A stretch of DNA of 46,227 nucleotides from an uncultured Desulfobulbia bacterium (lineage in GTDB: Bacteria; Desulfobacterota; Desulfobulbia; Desulfobulbales; VMSU01), in contig CAYSFY010000001.1 in assembly GCA_964430285.1 (NCBI GenBank), positions 29,185 through 75,411 on the forward strand. Direction: 5' to 3'. Under the pieces are notes generated by a model. The model was not told the DNA's origin. It saw only the letters and a program-made list of their open reading frames with translations, and searched no databases. Of the stretch, positions 1-9,020 are shown piece after piece. Numbering within the stretch: the stretch's first letter is position 1; the number at the start of each line of letters is the position of its first letter. A program made the translations under genes and the position numbers.

Positions 1-538
1 AAAAGACAACCCCTCGCTTATGCAGGACCCGTCCTAGATAGTCCAAAGCCAAACCGATATCGGTGCCGGTCGCGGTCGGTTGGAAGCCTAAGACCTCGCG
101 GATGATGCGCAAGACGTGGGAGGCCCCTTTGCGGGGGGGGATAAAACGCTCAATACGATCGGAGAAGAGCAGCAACCCCACCTTGTCGTTATTCTTGATG
201 GCCGAGAAGGCGAGCAGGGCGCAGAGTTCCGCCGCCACCTCGCTCTTATGCTTGGCCACGGAGCCAAAGAGGCCGGAGGCGGAGATGTCGACCATCAGCA
301 CCACGGTCAGTTCACGCTCCTCCACGTAGCGCTTGACAAAGGGGTGCCCAGTACGCGCTGTGACGTTCCAGTCAATGGTCCGCACGTCATCCCCTGGCTG
401 ATACTCACGCACCTCGTCGAACTCCATGCCGGAGCCCTTGAAGACGCTCTGGTACTCCCCGGCCAGGATATCGTTTACTGCTCGGTTGGTAAAGATCTGG
501 ATGAAACGGATCTGACGGGCCAGCTCACTGTTGATCAT
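1..538 (-). CDS. DUF58 (vWA-fold) family protein, N-terminal ~179 codons only; 3' end lies beyond the left window edge
   Basis: Absent from the ORF track because there is no stop codon in the window. Manual minus-strand translation from ATG 538-536 gives MINSELARQIRFIQIFTNRAVNDILAGEYQSVFKGSGMEFDEVREYQPGDDVRTIDWNVTARTGHPFVKRYVEERELTVVLMVDISASGLFGS... The REYxPGDDxRxIDW and DxSxS motifs are typical of DUF58 proteins encoded after MoxR ATPases. The start overlaps the upstream gene's stop as ATGA. Confidence 0.8.
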   Translation of the reverse strand, partial: MINSELARQIRFIQIFTNRAVNDILAGEYQSVFKGSGMEFDEVREYQPGDDVRTIDWNVTARTGHPFVKRYVEERELTVVLMVDISASGLFGSVAKHKSEVAAELCALLAFSAIKNNDKVGLLLFSDRIERFIPPRKGASHVLRIIREVLGFQPTATGTDIGLALDYLGRVLHKRGVVF

Positions 539-1524
539 GGGACGCTGACGGTGTCGAAGATCTGACGAATAATCTCCTCAGGGGTCTTGTCCTCGGCCTC
601 GGCCTCGTAGGTCAGGGTGACCCGATGGCGGAGGACATCCAGGCCGATGGTCTTCACATCCTGGGGGGTGACATAGCCGCGTCCCGCCAGCAGGGCAAAG
701 GCCTTGGCAGCCAACGACAAGAAGATGGTGGCACGGGGCGAGGCCCCATACTGGATGAGGTGGCCAAGGGGGAGGCCAAAGGTGGAGGGTTCACGGGTAG
801 CGGTTACCAAGTTGACGATATACTCCTCAACCTTGACATCCAGATAGATACGGCGGGTTAAGGTCCTAAGTCTGGCGATATCATCACAACCAATAACAGC
901 CGCCACATCAGGTGTCTCCTCCTCGCCAGCCATCAACCTCAGAATCTGCAGTTCCTCATCGCGGCTGGGATAGCCGACCTTAAGTTTTAGCATGAAGCGG
1001 TCGACCTGGGCCTCGGGTAGCCGATAGGTCCCCTCTTGCTCGATGGGGTTTTGGGTCGCCAGCACCATGAAGGGTTGGGCCAAGGGATAACTGGAGTCAC
1101 CGATGGTGACCTGCCCCTCCTGCATGGCCTCCAACAGAGCACTCTGTACCTTAGCCGGGGCACGGTTGATCTCATCGGCCAAGATGATGTTGGCAAAAAT
1201 CGGCCCTTTCCGGGTGGTAAACTCTCCACTCTTAGGGTTATAGATCAAGGTCCCGATCAGGTCACCGGGCAAGAGATCCGGGGTAAACTGAATCCTCTTG
1301 AAACTAGCTTGGATCGCCTGGGCCAGGGTGGTAACGGTCTTAGTCTTGGCCAAGCCCGGCACTCCCTCGATCAACACGTGGTTGTTGCACAACATGGCCA
1401 CCAGCAAGCGGTCAACCATGGCTTGTTGACCAACAATCACCTTGCCTATCTCCTGCCGGACCCGCTGCAGGAGTGCGCTTTCCTCCGTCACAGCCTGATT
1501 GATCTCCCTGACATCGACACTCAT
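535..1524 (-). CDS. MoxR-family AAA+ ATPase
   Basis: 329-aa ORF with Walker A GVPGLAKT, Walker B ILADEINRA and a GASPRA lid motif. AAGGAG lies shortly upstream of ATG 1524. Confidence 0.9.
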   Translation of the reverse strand: MSVDVREINQAVTEESALLQRVRQEIGKVIVGQQAMVDRLLVAMLCNNHVLIEGVPGLAKTKTVTTLAQAIQASFKRIQFTPDLLPGDLIGTLIYNPKSGEFTTRKGPIFANIILADEINRAPAKVQSALLEAMQEGQVTIGDSSYPLAQPFMVLATQNPIEQEGTYRLPEAQVDRFMLKLKVGYPSRDEELQILRLMAGEEETPDVAAVIGCDDIARLRTLTRRIYLDVKVEEYIVNLVTATREPSTFGLPLGHLIQYGASPRATIFLSLAAKAFALLAGRGYVTPQDVKTIGLDVLRHRVTLTYEAEAEDKTPEEIIRQIFDTVSVP

Positions 1525-1543
1525 GACTACTCCTTATTATTAA

Positions 1544-1566
1544 CGGGCTATAAACAATTCTCAGCT
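1544..1566 (+). repeat. Solo copy of an IS-end-like 23-bp motif (CG-GGCTATAAACAATTCTCAGC)
   Basis: The 20-nt core GGCTATAAACAATTCTCAGC (1546-1565) is identical to 1962-1981. Related inverted copies lie at 2082-2105 and 2695-2718. Confidence 0.7.
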
Positions 1567-1623
1567 TAATGATTACATCTGCAACAAGATCAGATGGTTA
1601 ATTTAACTTATGGAGGTCTTGTC

Positions 1624-1859
1624 ATGAAAATGTCAGCAATTTCTTTCCTTGAGTGGCAACAGCGATTTGGAGTCAGCATTGTCCGGTTAAGAAGTTACAT
1701 GTAGGTTTGGTGGAAATGATGATGTATTCCGCCATGGACACTCTCCGCCATGACAACGGGGTACAAAATTACTCCGCCCTGTCAGCTTGTCAAGACGAAG
1801 ACGGAAATTTATCAAGGACCATCCTCGGCTGGTCTCTACCGGGCAGATGGACGGCCTGA
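1624..1859 (+). pseudogene. Possible decayed N-terminal fragment of an IS1595/ISXO2-like transposase (zinc-ribbon region), broken by stops and a frameshift
   Basis: GGAGG (1612-1616) plus ATG 1624 opens MKMSAISFLEWQQRFG, then a stop after 26 codons. The same frame continues VWWK**CIPPW. A second frame (ORF 1653-1859) ends RTILGWSLPGRW. By recollection, the order resembles the S-x-x-EF-x-x-x-FGTE / RWP-x-GF-x-CP-x-CG / AGTIF-x-x-x-KLP-x-x-x-W pattern of these transposases. The similarity is weak and no DDE domain follows. Confidence 0.3.
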
Positions 1860-1958
1860 GAAAAAATCAAGGCGAAGACATGGGAGGAGAGAGTAAAATC
1901 AGGACTATCGTGACGATGGGGAGGGATGGAGGACAAACAACCATTCGGCAAAAGGTAA

Positions 1959-2105
1959 CGTGGCTATAAACAATTCTCAGCAGCTCTTGCTGGAGCGTCG
2001 TCCACGGCGATTGAAGCGTAATCGCGCCGTGGACGACGCTCCATCGGAATCACATGCCAGCTGTGGGCTTCCGGAAAATTTGGCTGAGAATCCTTGATAG
2101 CGACG
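1959..2105. mobile_element. 147-bp MITE-like non-autonomous element with imperfect terminal inverted repeats and an 8-bp target-site duplication
   Basis: The left end is CGTGGCTATAAACAATTCTCAGC. The reverse complement of the right end is CGTCGCTATCAAGGATTCTCAGC (19/23 match). Perfect direct repeats AAAGGTAA flank it at 1951-1958 and 2106-2113. An internal perfect 18-bp stem pairs 1992-2009 with 2025-2042. It has no coding capacity. Confidence 0.7.
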
Positions 2106-2111
2106 AAAGGT

Positions 2112-2156
2112 AATGAATTTATCAACAGGTAGTATCAATCTGTTGATAAATTCATT
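2112..2156. repeat. Perfect 17-bp inverted repeat (AATGAATTTATCAACAG / CTGTTGATAAATTCATT) with an 11-nt loop
   Basis: Seen directly. It lies 14 nt downstream of the stop of the 105-aa minus-strand ORF. No T-run follows, so it may be a terminator-like hairpin or a protein-binding palindrome. Confidence 0.6.
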
Positions 2157-2169
2157 AAGGGGCTTACGT

Positions 2170-2487
2170 TCAGAGAAAGCTATCGACCTCTTCGTTCTCT
2201 GGAAAGCAACAGACGATCATCTCCCGGTTCAGGGTGAAGAAACGATACTGGAGATGTTCCCCGTTCGGGAAGATGATATTGGCGTCAGTGACCGCAAGAA
2301 ATGGGTTTTCACGGGTGTGACGATTCAACATATCAGTCAGGCGCAGGCTGGGCGGCTGATGTAGGCATCCTTCAACCATGGTGCCGTCCATCAGACGGAC
2401 CTTCACCCGCAAAGGGGTAGTCTTAACCTTGGCGTAGAGGATATCTTTATCTACGAGTGATTTTTTATCGATCATGGTCTCTCTCAT
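2170..2487 (-). CDS. Hypothetical small protein (105 aa; alternative start ATG 2475 gives 101 aa)
   Basis: Uninterrupted ORF with balanced composition: MRETMIDKKSLVDKDILYAKVKTTPLRVKVRLMDGTMVEGCLHQPPSLRLTDMLNRHTRENPFLAVTDANIIFPNGEHLQYRFFTLNREMIVCCFPENEEVDSFL. GAGAGA precedes the second ATG. I cannot name a family with confidence. Confidence 0.55.
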   Translation of the reverse strand: MRETMIDKKSLVDKDILYAKVKTTPLRVKVRLMDGTMVEGCLHQPPSLRLTDMLNRHTRENPFLAVTDANIIFPNGEHLQYRFFTLNREMIVCCFPENEEVDSFL

Positions 2488-2694
2488 CAGTCATGTTTTG
2501 TTAGTGTATAAATATCCATGACCTGTTCTACAGGCATTGCAATCCAGTCCACAACTCATTACATCACAACTGGCAACCCGTGTCAAAGGGTTAGGTCGGA
2601 GATATCAGGGGCTCCGTCAAAGTCCGCTGTCAAGAGAGCTTCAACTCCCCTTGCAGTTATTAAATGCCTCCCTTGCACATGCTCCGGTGAGGTT

Positions 2695-2718
2695 GGCTAA
2701 GAATTATTTATAGCCACG
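2695..2718 (-). repeat. Solo inverted copy of the IS-end-like motif
   Basis: The reverse complement CGTGGCTATAAATAATTCTTAGCC matches the MITE left end at 21/23 positions. Confidence 0.7.
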
Positions 2719-2950
2719 ATTTATCTTGACACCCATCTTGGCCAATCAGTAGCCTGAGGAGGGAGAAAGCGCTAAATGAGGCACCCCCAATTGCCACTAT
2801 CCATCCCTTGATTCATGTGTTCCGTCAGAGGACAGGATTAATGAGGGAGGTGTCTCCATCAATAAAACGTCACGAGGGGCACAAACTACGACTCACCAGG
2901 AAGCCCCCACTGCGCCCCTAGAAAAGACAGTTGCGTTAGGAGAAGACAAA

Positions 2951-3430
2951 ATGAATCACGAGACACCTAGCCCATATTGCTATTGGTTGCCAGAGTACAG
3001 TGTGGGCCACAAAATCGTCGATGAGCAGCACAAGAAAATCTTTTCCATGATCAATGAACTACATGCTGCTATTTCCTGTGAGGATGAGAATACCATCATC
3101 AAAAGGGTATTAGATGAAATGGCTGATTATATCGAGTACCACTTCGACACGGAAAAGTCCTACCTAAAAAAGATGCCGGAATTTACCGGTCACGAGAGAA
3201 AGCATTGGGAGTTCACCCAAAGAACACTTCAATTTGCAACAGAATATTATCGACATCCCAGAAAAGAAATCCTGCACGATATTGTATCATTTCTCTCCTA
3301 TTGGTTGAAAGACCATATCAAAAGGACTGACATTGACCAATTCAACCTCTATTACCAGAGGCTAAATAGCAAATCCGTCAAACCATCCTCAGACAACGGT
3401 AAGAAAACCGACGATGAGAAAGGGCTTTAG
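2951..3430 (+). CDS. Hemerythrin-like metal-binding domain protein (bacteriohemerythrin family)
   Basis: 159 aa. It shows the W-x-x-EYSVG-x-x-x-VDEQHKKIF start, then HFDTEKSYL, HERKHWEF and WLKDHIKRTDI. This gives the His/Glu/Asp ligand spacing characteristic of hemerythrin domains. Confidence 0.85.
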   Translation: MNHETPSPYCYWLPEYSVGHKIVDEQHKKIFSMINELHAAISCEDENTIIKRVLDEMADYIEYHFDTEKSYLKKMPEFTGHERKHWEFTQRTLQFATEYYRHPRKEILHDIVSFLSYWLKDHIKRTDIDQFNLYYQRLNSKSVKPSSDNGKKTDDEKGL

Positions 3431-3480
3431 TTAATTATGATGGAATCGCAAAAAAATTAAGTTGCACATAAATAGCCAAT

Positions 3481-3510
3481 AAAAAAAGCCGGCAATGCCG
3501 GCTTTTTTTA
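3481..3510. terminator. Bidirectional Rho-independent terminator between the hemerythrin gene and rplQ
   Basis: AAAAAAA-GCCGGC-AAT-GCCGGC-TTTTTTT. A GC stem flanked by an A-run and a T-run can terminate both convergent transcripts. Confidence 0.8.
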
Positions 3511-3537
3511 TTCAACTGTACTTTCAAAAAAAGTCAA

Positions 3538-3933
3538 TTACTTAGCAGCATCATGCGTACCAAGTATTTCAGCTTCCTTATAATTAACTAGCTCCAAGAT
3601 AGCCATAGATGCAGCATCACCAAGACGAGTTCCAGTCCTAATAATTCTGGTATAACCTCCATCTCGATCCATATAATCATTTTTTAATTTATCAAACAAC
3701 TTAGCGACTACGATACCATTTTGCATATATGATAATGCCTGCCTCCTAGCATGCAAATCACCACGTTTTGCCAATGTCATCATTTTATCCGCTACCTTCC
3801 TTGCCTCTTTAGCCTTGGGCGTTGTTGTAACAATCCTTTCATGTTCATATAGTGAAGTTACCATATTCCGAATCATAGCATCACGGTGTGATGAACTACG
3901 CCCTAACCTTTTCCCCGCTTTCCTGTGCCTCAT
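3538..3933 (-). CDS. rplQ: 50S ribosomal protein L17
   Basis: [24 protein letters not shown]... is the canonical L17 N-terminus. It is the last gene of the alpha operon. Confidence 0.97.
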   Translation of the reverse strand: MRHRKAGKRLGRSSSHRDAMIRNMVTSLYEHERIVTTTPKAKEARKVADKMMTLAKRGDLHARRQALSYMQNGIVVAKLFDKLKNDYMDRDGGYTRIIRTGTRLGDAASMAILELVNYKEAEILGTHDAAK

Positions 3934-3954
3934 TTTTATATGACCTCGCTCATA

Positions 3955-5013
3955 TTACTGATCTTCAGATAATTCTTGTGGTGTTGGTTGTATCCATCCA
4001 TCTACCTTCATCCCCAGCGATAATCCCATCTCTGAAAGCAATTGCTTAATTTCATTCAATGATTTACGACCAAAATTCTTGGTCTTTAACATTTCTGCCT
4101 CAGTTTTTTGGACTAACTCTCCAATATATTTTATATCAGCATTGCGTAAGCAGTTAGCAGATCGTACTGATAACTCTAAGTCTTCGACACTTCTATACAA
4201 ATTCTCATTGACCTGTATCATTGAAGCGTCAACATGATGCTCAATTTCCGGCTCAATTCGGTCTTCATCAAAGTTAATGAAGATTTGCATCTGCTCCTTT
4301 AAAATTTTAGCAGCATAGGCAAGTGAATTCTCAGGTGTGATACTTCCATCGGTATGAATCTCAAGGGAAAGTTTATCATAATCAGTTTGTTGCCCAACCC
4401 TTGCCTGACTTACAAGAATTTTCACCTTTTGAATTGGTGTAAAAATTGCGTCTATAGGAAAAGTATCAATCCCCATATCGTCTGTTTTATTGTTTTCAGC
4501 TGGTGAATATCCCTTTCCCCATTTAACTTGAAACTCAGCATTCACCTTTCCTTCATTTCCAGTAATTGTACATATGTGTTGCTCAGGGTTCATTACTTCA
4601 ACCATTCCATCAGGCGATACAATATCTGCAGCAGTAACAGGCCCATTTGCAGTTTTTTCTATACGTATAATAGCAGAATTTTTTGTTTTCAAGCGGAGGC
4701 GAACCTCCTTCAAATTTAATATTATCTCTATTACATCTTCAAGTATACCAGGTATAGTTGAATATTCATGATGAGCACCTTCAATTTTAACTGAAGTTAT
4801 TGCAGCTCCTTGAATAGATGATAAAAGTATTCTGCGTAGGCTATTGCCAACAGTTGTTGCAAATCCTCGTTCCAATGGATGGCAGCTAAACTTACCATAT
4901 CTATTAGTATGTGTAGCTGAATCAACTTCAAGCCTTTCAGGAAGTATAAGTTCTGTCCAGTTACGATATATAGGATCAGAATCCAATTGGATATTCAATT
5001 CAGTAGTTGTCAT
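3955..5013 (-). CDS. rpoA: DNA-directed RNA polymerase subunit alpha
   Basis: 352 aa. NTD motif [17 protein letters not shown] and [26 protein letters not shown]. Synteny rpsD-rpoA-rplQ. Confidence 0.98.
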   Translation of the reverse strand: MTTTELNIQLDSDPIYRNWTELILPERLEVDSATHTNRYGKFSCHPLERGFATTVGNSLRRILLSSIQGAAITSVKIEGAHHEYSTIPGILEDVIEIILNLKEVRLRLKTKNSAIIRIEKTANGPVTAADIVSPDGMVEVMNPEQHICTITGNEGKVNAEFQVKWGKGYSPAENNKTDDMGIDTFPIDAIFTPIQKVKILVSQARVGQQTDYDKLSLEIHTDGSITPENSLAYAAKILKEQMQIFINFDEDRIEPEIEHHVDASMIQVNENLYRSVEDLELSVRSANCLRNADIKYIGELVQKTEAEMLKTKNFGRKSLNEIKQLLSEMGLSLGMKVDGWIQPTPQELSEDQ

Positions 5014-5021
5014 ATTCTGTC

Positions 5022-5651
5022 TTATTTAGAATAGAGTTCAACAATTAGGTTTTCCTGAATTGGCATAGTAATCTCTTCACGATTTGGCAGGGCGTTGATT
5101 TTACCCTTAAAAGTGCCTTGATCAAGATTCAGCCAACTTGGAACACCACGACGGGCTATAGCGTCAAGATTATCTTTAATCGCCTCAACCTTTTGACTCT
5201 TTTCCTTCAAGACTATCTCATCATTAACTGAAACCAAATATGATGGGATATTAACCTTCTTACCATTAACTAAAAAGTGATTATGCCTTACCAGTTGTCT
5301 TGCTTGATTGCGAGATGATGCAAAACCTAAACGATAAAGAACATTATCTAATCTTCTTTCTAGAAGAATAATTAGATTAACACCTGTGATACCTTTTTGC
5401 TGGTCTGCCTTTTGAAAATATCGGTTAAACTGTCCTTCAAGCATACCATACATACGTTTAACCTTTTGCTTTTCTCGGAGCTGAATGGCATAATCAGACA
5501 TTTTTTTTAATCTATCTTGTCCATGTTGTCCTGGTGCAAATGATCGTCTTTCAAATGCACAACGATCGGAATAGCACCTATCACCTTTCAAAAAAAGTTT
5601 AAGTTTTTCTCTTCGGCATTGCCGACATAATGCGCCTGTATATCGTGACAA
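5022..5651 (-). CDS. rpsD: 30S ribosomal protein S4 (four-Cys N-terminal form)
   Basis: [31 protein letters not shown]... TTG start at 5651 with GGAGG 7 nt upstream. Confidence 0.97.
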   Translation of the reverse strand: MSRYTGALCRQCRREKLKLFLKGDRCYSDRCAFERRSFAPGQHGQDRLKKMSDYAIQLREKQKVKRMYGMLEGQFNRYFQKADQQKGITGVNLIILLERRLDNVLYRLGFASSRNQARQLVRHNHFLVNGKKVNIPSYLVSVNDEIVLKEKSQKVEAIKDNLDAIARRGVPSWLNLDQGTFKGKINALPNREEITMPIQENLIVELYSK

Positions 5652-5677
5652 TTGACTACCTCCACAATCTTATATAT

Positions 5678-6067
5678 TTAAACACGTCTTTTCTTTGGTG
5701 GCTTACAACCATTATGCGGAATTGGAGTCACATCGCATATTTTATTAACTTCTAATCCTACTTGTTGCAAAGCTCTCAATGCTGACTCACGACCAGGTCC
5801 GGGGCCTTTAATGTTAACCATTACCTTACGCATCCCACAATCCATAGCTTTTTTTGCTGCTGTTTCAACTGTATTCTGTGCTGCAAAAGGAGTACTTTTT
5901 CTTGAACCTTTAAATCCCAAACATCCTGCACTACACCAGGATAATGTGTTTCCCTGTTTGTCAGAAAAAGTTACCAATGTGTTATTGAATGTGGATTTAA
6001 TACTGACAACACCCTCGGGAATATTTTTTTTCTCTTTACGTTTAACCTTAGTCTTAGGCCCTGCCAT
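5678..6067 (-). CDS. rpsK: 30S ribosomal protein S11
   Basis: The track ORF extends to 6094. GGGAGA lies 6 nt upstream of ATG 6067, giving the canonical [14 protein letters not shown] start. Motif [14 protein letters not shown]. Confidence 0.96.
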   Translation of the reverse strand: MAGPKTKVKRKEKKNIPEGVVSIKSTFNNTLVTFSDKQGNTLSWCSAGCLGFKGSRKSTPFAAQNTVETAAKKAMDCGMRKVMVNIKGPGPGRESALRALQQVGLEVNKICDVTPIPHNGCKPPKKRRV

Positions 6068-6110
6068 TTTCAATCTCCCAATCTGTATTTTCAAAAAACT
6101 TCATATTCTA

Positions 6111-6470
6111 CTATTTGTTAGCTGCTCTTCTTGGTCCTCTTCTCGTCCTAGCATTAGTACTAGTCCTCTGCCCTCGGCAGGGTAATCCTTTGCGGTGTCG
6201 GATACCACGGTAACTCCCTAAATCCATCATCCTTTTGATATCCATAGCGACATTACGCCTTCTATCCCCTTCTACACTATGTGAAGTCTCAATGATTTTT
6301 CTTATTTCCGCAACTTGATTATCATCAAGATCATCACTGTTCATTGTGTAATCTATTTTCACTTCATCTAGAATTTTTTGTGCACTTATCTTACCTATTC
6401 CATGAATATAGGTTAAAGCGATAACCATATGCTTATTTTTTGGTAAATCTACACCAGCTATACGTGCCAA
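6111..6470 (-). CDS. rpsM: 30S ribosomal protein S13
   Basis: [14 protein letters not shown]... TTG start at 6470 with AGGAG 7 nt upstream. Confidence 0.97.
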   Translation of the reverse strand: MARIAGVDLPKNKHMVIALTYIHGIGKISAQKILDEVKIDYTMNSDDLDDNQVAEIRKIIETSHSVEGDRRRNVAMDIKRMMDLGSYRGIRHRKGLPCRGQRTSTNARTRRGPRRAANK

Positions 6471-6525
6471 GGTTGTACTCCTGAATGAAATTTATACTTA
6501 ATCAATGAGATAGAAATAATAAAAA

Positions 6526-6639
6526 TTATCCCTGCCGCTGTTTATGTTTTTTTACTTTGCATGAAACACGAACAACACCATTACGTTTAAAAATTTTGCA
6601 TTCACTACAAATTTTCTTTACTGATGATCTTACTTTCAT
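6526..6639 (-). CDS. rpmJ: 50S ribosomal protein L36 (Cys/His zinc-binding form)
   Basis: Not in the ORF track (37 aa). Manual translation gives [37 protein letters not shown]. Located between infA and rpsM as expected. Confidence 0.95.
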   Translation of the reverse strand: MKVRSSVKKICSECKIFKRNGVVRVSCKVKKHKQRQG

Positions 6640-6667
6640 AATGTCAGCCTTTCATTCGTATAAAAAT

Positions 6668-6895
6668 TTATCTATTGCCTTTTCCTCTAAATACAATCCT
6701 TCCCCGGGATAAATCATATGGTGATAACTCTATAGTCACTTTATCACCAGGTAAAATCTTTATAAAATGCATTCGCATTTTTCCAGAAATATGAGCCAAT
6801 ACTTTATGACCATTCTCCAACTCTACTCTAAACATAGCATTTGGAAGAGGCTCAATGATTATACCTTCAACTTGTATCGCCTCTTCCTTGGCCAT
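6668..6895 (-). CDS. infA: Translation initiation factor IF-1
   Basis: [53 protein letters not shown]... Confidence 0.97.
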   Translation of the reverse strand: MAKEEAIQVEGIIIEPLPNAMFRVELENGHKVLAHISGKMRMHFIKILPGDKVTIELSPYDLSRGRIVFRGKGNR

Positions 6896-6919
6896 AAAAA
6901 TTTTCCCTCAATTACACTA

Positions 6920-7702
6920 TTAAGAAAGATATCGTGTTAAGTTAATACCTGCACTCAACACTTCGGGATCACCACTAGTAACCAAAACTGAATGTTCAAA
7001 ATGTGCTGACAAGCTCCTGTCTGCAGTTACCACTGTCCACCCATCTTTCATAACGAAAACATCAGATGTACCTACATTTACCATTGGCTCAATGGCCAAT
7101 ACCATGCCTGGTAAAAGTCGCGAACTACGTCCTGGTCTCTTATAATTAGGCACTTCTGGTGCTTCATGAAGCTTACTTCCAATGCCATGGCCTACAAACT
7201 GTTTTACAACATGAAATTTGTTGGTTTCTACATATGATTGGATTGCTTCGGATATGTCACTAACTCTATTGCCACTTCGTACTTGCTGAATTCCTAAAAG
7301 TAGCGCTTTATGTGTTACATCCAATAAATGATTTTTACTTTTATCCTTATCACCAATGATAACTGAAGTAGCGGCATCCCCAAAATAACCCTTATAATTA
7401 ATGCCAAAATCAATACTTAGTATATCACCATTACGAAGAATAGTTTTTTTTGATGGTATCCCATGCACTACCTGATCATTTATCGATACACATAAACTGG
7501 CAGGGTAACCTCTATACCCTTTAAATGCAGGAATTGCATCATTATTCTTTGCATATGTTTCAGCTAATATATCAAGTTCCTTAGTTGTTACGCCAGCAGT
7601 AGCCTTAGCAAGTACTAAATTAATCGCACCTGCTACAATACTGTTTGCCTGACGCATCAAACCAATTTCTTTTTCAGTCTTAACTATAATGGTCGAACTC
7701 AT
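6920..7702 (-). CDS. map: Type I methionine aminopeptidase
   Basis: 260 aa with M24 metal-ligand motifs (VVHGIP, DFGINYKGYFGD, VGHGIG, AIEPM, FEHS). It directly follows secY; there is no adk between them. Confidence 0.95.
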   Translation of the reverse strand: MSSTIIVKTEKEIGLMRQANSIVAGAINLVLAKATAGVTTKELDILAETYAKNNDAIPAFKGYRGYPASLCVSINDQVVHGIPSKKTILRNGDILSIDFGINYKGYFGDAATSVIIGDKDKSKNHLLDVTHKALLLGIQQVRSGNRVSDISEAIQSYVETNKFHVVKQFVGHGIGSKLHEAPEVPNYKRPGRSSRLLPGMVLAIEPMVNVGTSDVFVMKDGWTVVTADRSLSAHFEHSVLVTSGDPEVLSAGINLTRYLS

Positions 7703-7710
7703 TTCTTTTG

Positions 7711-9018
7711 TTAACGGCCTTTTATTCTGCCTGTCTTCAAAAATCCATCATAATTCCTCATGACAGTATAGGATTCTATTTGTGATATTGTATCTATGGC
7801 TACTCCGACTACAATCAACAGTGCAGTTCCACCAAAATAAAAAGGAACATTTCCTTTCTTTATTAAGATTTCAGGCAAAATACATACACTTGATATATAT
7901 ATTGCACCTATCACAGTTAATCGTATCATAATCTTATCAATAAATTCAGCAGTTTTCTTTCCAGGTCTAATCCCTGGAATAAAACCTCCATTTTTCTTAA
8001 GATTTTCCGCGATGTCAACTGGATTAAAAGTAACTGCAGTATAAAAAAAACAAAAGAAAACAATCATCATAACGTAAAGAAGGGAATGTAAAAATGTCCC
8101 CCATGCTAAAGCTGATGAAATTTGTTTGACCCAATCATTTTGTATAAAACCACCAATCGTTGCAGGAAACATCATTATAGATGATGCAAAAATAGGAGGA
8201 ATTACACCTGACATATTAATTTTTAATGGCAAATGTGACCTTTGTCCTCCATATAATTGTCGTCCAACCATTCTTTTTGCATATTGTATCGGTATTCGTC
8301 TTTGTGCTGTTTCAAAATAAATAACTATAGCAATAACAGCTCCCATCATTGCTACGAGAATCGGAAGAAGTATAATTGGCATTTCACCTGCTGAAGCCAT
8401 TTTTACAGTGTTAACTATTGCAACAGGCATTCTAGCAATAATACCAGCAAAAATAATTAATGAAATACCATTTCCAACACCTCTTTCAGTCATTTGCTCA
8501 CCAAGCCACATAATAAATGCTGTGCCTGATGTAAGCGTTATTACAGTCATAATTCTAAATGACCATCCTGGTGATATAACAATCATGCTGTTTCCAGAAG
8601 GGGCGGCCATACTTTCTAAGCCAATACTAATAAATAGACCTTGTACAATACTTAAAAGTACTGTTGCATATCGAGTATACTGTGTAATTTTTCTCCGTCC
8701 AGATTCTCCTTCCTTTGCTAAAGCCTCTACTTGAGGAACCACAACCTGAAGCAATTGAAAAATAATAGATGCGCTTATATAAGGCATTATTCCAAGCGCA
8801 AATATTGAAAAATTTTGCAATGCCCCACCGGAAAACATATTAAACATGCCAAAAATTGTGCCAGAATTTTTGGCAAAAAAATCTGCAAGAGCTTCTCCAT
8901 TAATTCCTGGCGTAGGTATTTGAACTCCAATACGATAAACAGCCAGCATTAAAAGAGTAAATATTATTCTTCTTTTTAATTCAGGTATATTTGCTGTGCC
9001 TTGCAGACCACTTGCCAT
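7711..9018 (-). CDS. secY: Preprotein translocase subunit SecY
   Basis: 435-aa polytopic membrane protein with GIMPYISASIIFQLL. Synteny rplO-secY. Confidence 0.97.
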   Translation of the reverse strand: MASGLQGTANIPELKRRIIFTLLMLAVYRIGVQIPTPGINGEALADFFAKNSGTIFGMFNMFSGGALQNFSIFALGIMPYISASIIFQLLQVVVPQVEALAKEGESGRRKITQYTRYATVLLSIVQGLFISIGLESMAAPSGNSMIVISPGWSFRIMTVITLTSGTAFIMWLGEQMTERGVGNGISLIIFAGIIARMPVAIVNTVKMASAGEMPIILLPILVAMMGAVIAIVIYFETAQRRIPIQYAKRMVGRQLYGGQRSHLPLKINMSGVIPPIFASSIMMFPATIGGFIQNDWVKQISSALAWGTFLHSLLYVMMIVFFCFFYTAVTFNPVDIAENLKKNGGFIPGIRPGKKTAEFIDKIMIRLTVIGAIYISSVCILPEILIKKGNVPFYFGGTALLIVVGVAIDTISQIESYTVMRNYDGFLKTGRIKGR

Positions 9019-9020
9019 AA

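Noticed and set aside
63-565. Plus-strand ORFs 63-329 and 116-565
   Set aside because: They are antisense to the clearly homologous DUF58 reading frame. Their translations are Gly/Arg/Ala-rich shadows typical of GC-rich antisense frames.
1036-1569. 177-aa plus-strand ORF
   Set aside because: It lies entirely antisense to the MoxR ATPase gene and has no recognisable motifs.
1544-2718. Reading the outer TIR-like pair as one intact 1.17-kb insertion sequence
   Set aside because: The flanking 8-mers differ (ATTATTAA vs ATTTATCT). There is no continuous transposase ORF or DDE domain inside, and the interior carries an opposite-strand ORF and a nested MITE.
7703-7710. Absence of adk between secY and map as an anomaly
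   Set aside because: adk placement in the spc operon varies among bacteria. The 8-nt secY-map junction shows no sign of deletion or scarring.
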